A DNA stretch of 64,000 nucleotides. Source: an uncultured Methanomicrobiales archaeon. GTDB lineage: Archaea > Halobacteriota > Methanomicrobia > Methanomicrobiales > Methanospirillaceae. The notes beneath the pieces were generated by a model. It did not search any database, was not told the origin of the DNA, and saw only the letters and a list, made by a program, of their open reading frames with translations. The stretch covers positions 448,001 to 512,000 of the forward strand of contig OY969100.1 of the NCBI GenBank assembly GCA_963697895.1, in the 5' to 3' direction. How positions within the stretch are numbered: position 1 is the stretch's first letter; each line of letters opens with the position of its first letter. Made by a program: the position numbers and the translations under genes. Shown here one piece after another: positions 57,724 to 64,000 of the stretch.

Positions 57724-59343
57724 ATGGGCCGGAAGGTGTACGTAATCGGTCATTGCCAGCCCGATACGGACAGTATCGCCAGCGTAATCGGTTATGCCGA
57801 ATTCCTGAACCGCCAAGAACCGGACAGGTACATTGCAGCCCGCTGCGGGGATTTAAACTCCGAAACCCGCTTTGCCCTGGCGAAGTTCGGGCGGGAGCCT
57901 CCGATCGTCGTCGATAGCGTTGAACCCCTTGTCGCAGATATCCCCTCACTCTATATGCGGAGTGCTCCCGCCGATATGCCGACCATCGACGTGGCCGGCA
58001 TGATGGACGAACAGGATGTCAGAAATATCCCGGTCATCGATACCATGGGACGGTTTATCGGGATAGTGGGTGAGTACGGACTTGCAAAAGCGTATGTTAC
58101 CCCGGAACGGAGAGAAGATCTGCAGATCGGACCGATCCCTCTGCATACGCTTGCCAGAATTCTGGATGCCCGGATCCATCACGCTGCCTCCGATATTCTC
58201 CACGGGAAGGTGACAATCGTGATCGATGCCCTCCATGTCGCCCTTTCCCGACTCATGTCCCGGGACATCGCTGTGGTCGGCGACGATGAACCGGTCCAGC
58301 TTGCACTCATATCGGCTGGAATCGCAGCCCTTGTCCTTGCGGAAGGTGCTCCTGTCGGGGAACGGGTACTGGCCGCCGCATCCTCCGGCAGGGTCTCCAT
58401 CCTTGCTACGGATCTCAATGCCTTCAGTGTCGGACGGATGGTCCACCTGTCCCTCCCTGCCCGCGAGGTGGTCGCTACCGATGTGCCGACGGTCCGGCCC
58501 GAGGATCCCCTTGCATATGCAAAACAACTCGTAACGAACTCCCGGTACCGGACGGCCTGTGTTGTCGACCGGGAAGGAAAGTATCTCGGTATGATATCGC
58601 GGAACACCTTCCTTGACGAGATCCAGAAATCGGTGATCCTCCTCGATCATAATGAGTTCGCACAGGCAGTGGACGGTATTGAAACGGCGGAGATCCTTGA
58701 GGTGATCGATCATCACCGGCTCGGGGTAATATCAACGTTAAAGCCGGTCAAATTCCTGAACGACCCGGTCGGATCCACGTCGACGATCATTGCACTGAAA
58801 TTTTCGGAAGAGGGCTTTCCACCGGAGAATTCCACGGCAGGAATGCTTCTTGCAGGTATTCTCTCGGACACGCTTGTCCTGCGGATGTCGACGACCACCG
58901 ATACTGATCGGAGAGCTGTTGCTTACCTCGCCGGAATCACCGGAGTTGACCCGATAGCTTTTGGGGCTACCCTCCTCCGGCAGAGCACGGACCTCGGAGA
59001 AACACCGCTTGGCGATGTATTGACCCGAGACACAAAACAGTACACCTTGTTTGGAAGGCAGGTGATCATCGCCCAGGTGATGGTCGCTTCCCGGGATTAT
59101 TACCAGGACCGGGCATCCGAGATTCGAAAGGAACTTGAGTTTTTACGGAGGAAGAAAGGCGTTGATCTCTACTTGGTCCTCTTTACCCACGTCATTGAAA
59201 ACGCGAGCGATCTCTTTATATCCGGTGATAGTGCCGTAATCGCCTCACTCGGGTACGCTGACCAGCCGATCCGGCTCGCAGGGGTAATGTCCCGCAAGAA
59301 GGATTTTCTTCCCGGATTCGGTAAACATCTCCGCGAACTTTGA
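57724..59343 (+). CDS. ppaC: Family II Mn-dependent inorganic pyrophosphatase with CBS-DRTGG-CBS insert
   Basis: GH..PDTDS, DHNE, IDHH, ILSDT, SRKK; CBS and DRTGG-like regions in between. Confidence 0.9.
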   Translation: MGRKVYVIGHCQPDTDSIASVIGYAEFLNRQEPDRYIAARCGDLNSETRFALAKFGREPPIVVDSVEPLVADIPSLYMRSAPADMPTIDVAGMMDEQDVRNIPVIDTMGRFIGIVGEYGLAKAYVTPERREDLQIGPIPLHTLARILDARIHHAASDILHGKVTIVIDALHVALSRLMSRDIAVVGDDEPVQLALISAGIAALVLAEGAPVGERVLAAASSGRVSILATDLNAFSVGRMVHLSLPAREVVATDVPTVRPEDPLAYAKQLVTNSRYRTACVVDREGKYLGMISRNTFLDEIQKSVILLDHNEFAQAVDGIETAEILEVIDHHRLGVISTLKPVKFLNDPVGSTSTIIALKFSEEGFPPENSTAGMLLAGILSDTLVLRMSTTTDTDRRAVAYLAGITGVDPIAFGATLLRQSTDLGETPLGDVLTRDTKQYTLFGRQVIIAQVMVASRDYYQDRASEIRKELEFLRRKKGVDLYLVLFTHVIENASDLFISGDSAVIASLGYADQPIRLAGVMSRKKDFLPGFGKHLREL

Positions 59344-59604
59344 AATCAAACGACATATTCGAAAACAGCTGAAGTACGTCCACCGCGAGGGATTAACAAG
59401 AAGGCTTATGGGAGGTGATATTCGGTTCATCTCGAGAATAGAGGAATCTTTCGAATAGTCATCGAAAGATGCCAGGAGATCATTAAGGGTGAGAATCCTC
59501 TCCTCCCGATCTATGAGTACCCAGTGCCCGCAAAAAACCCGATTATCGGGCGAGGGGTCAATCCGATTTATTCCTTTGTTGAGAATTGTGCCATTCGATT
59601 ATTC

Positions 59605-59877
59605 TTAGCCCGCGATCTCTTCTTCGTCGATGATCTGGAGCTCCCATTCATCCTCGTCAAAAGAGAGGGTCCCGGCTCCGTCACAATCCGGGCATTCGAT
59701 CGTCTCGGAGATCCGGCTGCAACCGTCCTGCTGTTCCTCGCCTCCCTTCACCTTGTCCTCCGTCGGGATGTGGAAATATCTCTGGATATCATGGGATTGC
59801 AAACCCTGACAGATCTTGTACTGCTCATTCTCGACAAATCCCGTTCCCTGACACCGACGACACTTCAGGATAATCAT
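59605..59877 (-). CDS. Small acidic protein with two CxxCxGxG motifs
   Basis: CRRCQGTG...CPDCDGAG, acidic tail; ATG 59877 preceded by GGGAGAAGGG. Confidence 0.65.
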   Translation of the reverse strand: MIILKCRRCQGTGFVENEQYKICQGLQSHDIQRYFHIPTEDKVKGGEEQQDGCSRISETIECPDCDGAGTLSFDEDEWELQIIDEEEIAG

Positions 59878-60056
59878 GCTGCCCTTCTCCCGATAATACG
59901 GGTATGGTTTCATGAACCTTTCAATGTTTATATTTCGTTCATTCCTGAATTCTCTCATACATAATAGGAAACCAAGATCCTTCGTCGTGCCGGGACCGAA
60001 CGCAGTGTTCCGTAATGAACAGGTTTTAATCAATGGATCGATATTTATTCCTGAGC

Positions 60057-60974
60057 ATGAAAAGCAGCCTTTATCCTCTTTCTCCCCATGACTTTCCCCT
60101 GAGTGCATCAATATTTTCGGATGGTGATCCGGCGATCCGGATATATGTTGACGGAATATTCAGTCAGGCGGTACACCTTCGCGGAAGACCCGTTCTTATA
60201 GAGGTCAGTTCAGCCGGCACCACTGAAAAACCCGAACTTCAGTTGTCCGTCCGCGCAGAGGAGGATGGAGATCTCTCCGGAGCAGATCAACAAGCGGCGG
60301 ACCAGATCGTCACGTCGGTGTTTAATATCAATGACGACCTCATTCCGTTCTACCGGAACGTCCGGGACGACCTGGTGATGTCGGTACTCACTTCCGCCCT
60401 TCGTGGGTTGAAGAGCCCTACGACCCCCACAATTTTCGAGGCATTGGTCGACTCTATCGTCGAACAGCAGATATCGCTTTCTGTGGCACACGTGATGCAG
60501 CGAAGGCTGATCATGAGGTTCGGCGACAGCCTGGATATACAGGGATCCCGGTATTATTGCTATCCGGGACCAGATGTTCTGTCTGATGTGACGGATGAGC
60601 AATTCCGGGAATGTGGACTGAGTTTACGGAAAGGGGAATATATCCGGGATATTTCTCGTTCTCTGGTGAAGGGCGACCTTGATCTCGACTTGTTCAGAAG
60701 TTATTCTGATACCGGCGATATTGTCACCGAGTTATCCCGGATCAGGGGGATTGGAAGGTGGACAGCAGAGCTGACACTCCTCCGGGGAATGCACCGGCTC
60801 GACTCGTTTCCTGCCGATGACCTTGGAGTGCGGAGACTTATTTCATTGTATTACCGGGGTGGAAACCCGATCACGGCGATAGAAGCGCGGGATATTGCCG
60901 CGGGTTGGGGTAAATGGAAAGGACTTGCCGCCTTTTACCTCGTCATGGCTGAACTGCACGGGGTTTTGGTGTGA
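60057..60974 (+). CDS. alkA: DNA-3-methyladenine glycosylase II (AlkA, HhH-GPD)
   Basis: FEALV.SI.EQQIS, GL..RK.EYI, IRGIGRWTAE, FPADDLG. Confidence 0.92.
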   Translation: MKSSLYPLSPHDFPLSASIFSDGDPAIRIYVDGIFSQAVHLRGRPVLIEVSSAGTTEKPELQLSVRAEEDGDLSGADQQAADQIVTSVFNINDDLIPFYRNVRDDLVMSVLTSALRGLKSPTTPTIFEALVDSIVEQQISLSVAHVMQRRLIMRFGDSLDIQGSRYYCYPGPDVLSDVTDEQFRECGLSLRKGEYIRDISRSLVKGDLDLDLFRSYSDTGDIVTELSRIRGIGRWTAELTLLRGMHRLDSFPADDLGVRRLISLYYRGGNPITAIEARDIAAGWGKWKGLAAFYLVMAELHGVLV

Positions 60975-61432
60975 TACTCTTCAGGAACGGGAAATCCTTT
61001 TGTGAATATGACTTTTGGGAAATAGAAGAAGGGTTTATCCCGGCGAAGGCGGTCTCAAAGCTCAAAGGGTTCGGAATTCTTTTGGATATCCAGGATGTCG
61101 AAAGACCGCCATTACAGAATGTTTCAGCGGTTCTATTAATTCGGTCACAATTTTAAGTCTCTATCAATCCTGATCATCACGGTATGCAACCAATCCCCGG
61201 GACATCCCCCGGGATCTTATCTGCCGTGCCACAGGGAGCCGGCGTTCTCTCATGACTCGATGCCAGCTCATTCATGCCAAGAATGTAACGGGACAGTTCT
61301 GACGGGAGGCAGTTATCGGAAGGATTACAACGGATCTCCCATCGCAGCGGAATAAAATTCAAAACAGCAAAACCGCTCTATATGATATTACCTGCGTGTA
61401 GGTAGTTATCTTCAAAAAATGGGGGAACTGTC

Positions 61433-61922
61433 TTAATCAAAGGGGAATGAAACATTAAACCCCGGAGGTATGACCGGATCCCGCGATATCCTCCGGAATT
61501 TGGGTCCCGGTGCATCGGTTACATACATCGAATCGGACAGAGGATTGTAGACCAGGGTTGCATTGATCTTCTGGCTTGAATGCGCATCGGTATCGAAGTA
61601 ATGGTATATTGCAACCCCAACAAGGGAATAGTGATTCCGGTAGGTACGATTCCAGGTTCCCGTCGCATATAATTCATATGTAAGGTTTTCCCCCGGAATA
61701 ATCGGCAGATCAGTCGCATCAAACCGGCCGGAATCCTTAAAGATATAGAGTTGAACGAAATTTTCGTCTGGGGGGTAGTACAACCAGCTTCCCACGATTG
61801 GGTCCGAGTACCTGTTCGGGGACCGTGGGGACCCTCCCCCCTTCCGTGAACATGCATCCGCTGAACATGGTCACTAACATGAGGATCGTGATCAGGGCTA
61901 AGAATGGCATGTACCTGTTCAT
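61433..61922 (-). CDS. Lipoprotein of unknown function (apparent insertion at ~61804)
   Basis: Lipobox MFSGC; removing one G gives DPIVGSW and joins ORFs 61737..61922 and 61433..61795. Confidence 0.6.
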
Positions 61923-61985
61923 TAAAATCGAATGCTTCTCACTGACGTATAATATTTTGTCCTGCCGGACCGGAACCCGGTTTTT

Positions 61986-62600
61986 TTAGTCTGTTCCTCG
62001 CTCAGGGAAATGCTTCAGCTGCCATTGAATAAGCCTGAAATCCTCTTCCAGATCCTCCCGGTACCGGGGGGAGTACAGTGCAGCGGCGGGATGCAGCGTG
62101 GGAATGATAGTCACTGTCATCCCATACAGATTGGTGGAAATATTCATCCCGCGAATATCAGTTATCTTCCCGAATTCAATTCCTGCCTTCCCCAGGATAT
62201 ATCGTGCGGAATGGCGACCGAGGGGCACGATGATGCGCGGACGGATAACCCGGAGCTGTCGGTCAAGATATGGGGAGCAGATCGCGATCTCCTCCCCGTG
62301 GGGATCCCTGTTCCCCGGTGGCCGGTGTTTGACTACATTTCCGATGAAGACCTCCTCCCGTGAGAGGCCGATATCCTTGAGCAGTGCGGTCAGGAGGACC
62401 CCCGCCCTCCCGACAAAGGGCCGCCCGGTGAGGTCTTCCTGTTCACCTGGTGCCTCCCCAATAAAGAAAAGAGCCGTATCGAGGTTGCCTTCACCGGGGA
62501 CAGCTTGGTGAGCATTCTGCCAGAGCGGGCACTTCCGGCAGATCGCGATATCGGCAGCAATCTGATCCATTACCCGTCGTTTTTCATCCCTTTGTGTCAT
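61986..62600 (-). CDS. udg: Uracil-DNA glycosylase family 4 (Fe-S)
   Basis: C..C.L, GEAPG..ED..G.PFVG.AG, RPP.NRDP, HPAA. Confidence 0.94.
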   Translation of the reverse strand: MTQRDEKRRVMDQIAADIAICRKCPLWQNAHQAVPGEGNLDTALFFIGEAPGEQEDLTGRPFVGRAGVLLTALLKDIGLSREEVFIGNVVKHRPPGNRDPHGEEIAICSPYLDRQLRVIRPRIIVPLGRHSARYILGKAGIEFGKITDIRGMNISTNLYGMTVTIIPTLHPAAALYSPRYREDLEEDFRLIQWQLKHFPERGTD

Positions 62601-62838
62601 GAATCCGCTGATTCCATTCTGTAACCCTACGATCAGACGGGTATTATTCCTATGGATTTATCCTTTGACCTATCTCATAGTTTCCGCTATTTTCGACCCA
62701 TGTGATCGAGGTGAAATGTATAGTGCGGACCTGGTTCAAACGTTGCACTCATAGGAATTTTTGGAAGACATGCCCAAAATACTCAATGATCAGGATTGAT
62801 TGGAATGGGCAGTAAGAAAAGCCTTGACGAAGACCTAA

Positions 62839-63978
62839 CTAATCAATCTGCCGCCGGGTTCTCACTGCAAGGGCCGCCATAAATCTCTGACGAATCGTAT
62901 CAGGGCTGAATGGGATTTCCTGCACCCTCGCATTGCCCGGGCGGATGAGCACATGGGCGAAACTCGGCCCTTTCCTGCTCCCCTCCAGGAATTCTATCAG
63001 TTCCTCCTCAGTCTGGACTTTGGCCGTGTCCCGGAACCCATGAGCCTGTGCCAGAAGTTCGAGATCGACCTGCACACATGCGGGAGTAGGCTGATCCCCG
63101 GTGCTCCCGAACGTACCGTTGTCCATGCAGAAGATGGTGAGATTTTTCACTTTTTTCTGGACAACAACCGGAAGGATGCCCGTACCGAGGAGGCTTCCAT
63201 CTCCGTCAAGTACCATAATTCTCCTCTCCGGAACAGCAAGCGAAATACCAAGACCGATCGGGGTCGCCTGGGTGTAACTTCCGAGCATGTAAAAGTTCAG
63301 GGGCCGGTCGCGAAGGGAAAATAGCTCCTTTCCCGGCACCCCGATGTTTGAGACAAGGGCTTCATCATCCAGGTGGCGGGTAATCACCCGAATCGCATCG
63401 TACCGGGTCATCACCGGATCCCGTATGGTCCGGTCATACCAGAGTTTCGAATGCCTGAACCGGGGAGGAAGGGAGGGTACGGCGCATCCGCCTTCTCCCT
63501 CCCAGCACCGGGGGGAGATCAGAGCGACATGGGGGCGGTGCAGGGTAAATGCATCTTCAATGACATCTCCGATACGATTCAACTCACCGCACCCGCCGAT
63601 ATACGTCGACGCGATGCCCGCATCCCGTAACAGTGCCGGTAACACCCGGTTGAACGGAATCTGTGCTTCGATCTTTTCCCGGTACACTCCCCGCCAGCTC
63701 GCCAGAATTGGGAGCGGGAGGTGATACGTGCTGGTCAGCGACATCAATGCGTTGAACATGTTCCCGATTCCCGAACTTTGAATCACCATCGCCGGCCGCT
63801 CCCCCCCAAGCCATGCCCCGGCGCATACACCGACCCCGTCCTCTTCGCGGGTCAACCCGACCTCATTGAAACGGTCTGGGATGAGGTAGCAGAGGTCTTT
63901 CGTCCGGTCGCAGGGGAGGGTGGCAAGAAGATGTATACCGTGTTGTTCCAGTATATCAAGCACGGCGTGTTCATGCAT
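62839..63978 (-). CDS. comDE: Sulfopyruvate decarboxylase, fused alpha/beta (coenzyme M biosynthesis)
   Basis: LPCD, LTREEDGVG.CAG, QSSG.GN..NAL; then SNIG.P.KEL, NFYMLGS, DGDGS, DN...GSTG.Q. Confidence 0.92.
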   Translation of the reverse strand: MHEHAVLDILEQHGIHLLATLPCDRTKDLCYLIPDRFNEVGLTREEDGVGVCAGAWLGGERPAMVIQSSGIGNMFNALMSLTSTYHLPLPILASWRGVYREKIEAQIPFNRVLPALLRDAGIASTYIGGCGELNRIGDVIEDAFTLHRPHVALISPRCWEGEGGCAVPSLPPRFRHSKLWYDRTIRDPVMTRYDAIRVITRHLDDEALVSNIGVPGKELFSLRDRPLNFYMLGSYTQATPIGLGISLAVPERRIMVLDGDGSLLGTGILPVVVQKKVKNLTIFCMDNGTFGSTGDQPTPACVQVDLELLAQAHGFRDTAKVQTEEELIEFLEGSRKGPSFAHVLIRPGNARVQEIPFSPDTIRQRFMAALAVRTRRQID

Positions 63979-64000
63979 GATTGCGCACCCAGCTTACGAT

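Noticed and set aside
63971-64000. 3' end of a gene upstream of comDE
   Set aside because: Only 10 codons are visible; cannot be identified

Overview
Chromosomal window from a methanogenic archaeon, most consistent with Methanomicrobiales (inferred from thermosome, LonB, aIF5A, NOB1, CimA, fused ComDE, bacterial-type PurH, DnaK system and UvrABC). It holds about 57 protein genes and one tRNA-Ser(CGA). No transposase, integrase, CRISPR array or rRNA was seen. Core blocks: tldD/pmbA-lonB; prs-rtcA-nob1-pyrE-like-thermosome; cimA-ilvB-ilvN; grpE-dnaK-dnaJ; aIF5A-speB; uvrA-uvrC-uvrB, alkA, udg; comDE. An accessory stretch after the tRNA (10-22 kb) carries lipoproteins, a glycosylation cluster, a Ku + LigD-polymerase NHEJ pair and a membrane sensor kinase apparently fused to a GNAT acetyltransferase. 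About 17 single-base indels split 12 otherwise intact genes, most likely long-read sequencing error. Most notable unexplained signals: (1) a ~227-nt extensively base-paired non-coding element at 46594-46820 whose G-U wobbles all work on the + strand (candidate novel sRNA); (2) a 21-bp promoter motif shared by the thermosome and grpE-dnaK-dnaJ promoters (candidate heat-shock element); (3) the kinase-GNAT fusion with a displaced H-box; (4) Ku/PolDom without a ligase. All pairings and alignments were done by eye, and family calls rest on recognised motifs rather than database searches.
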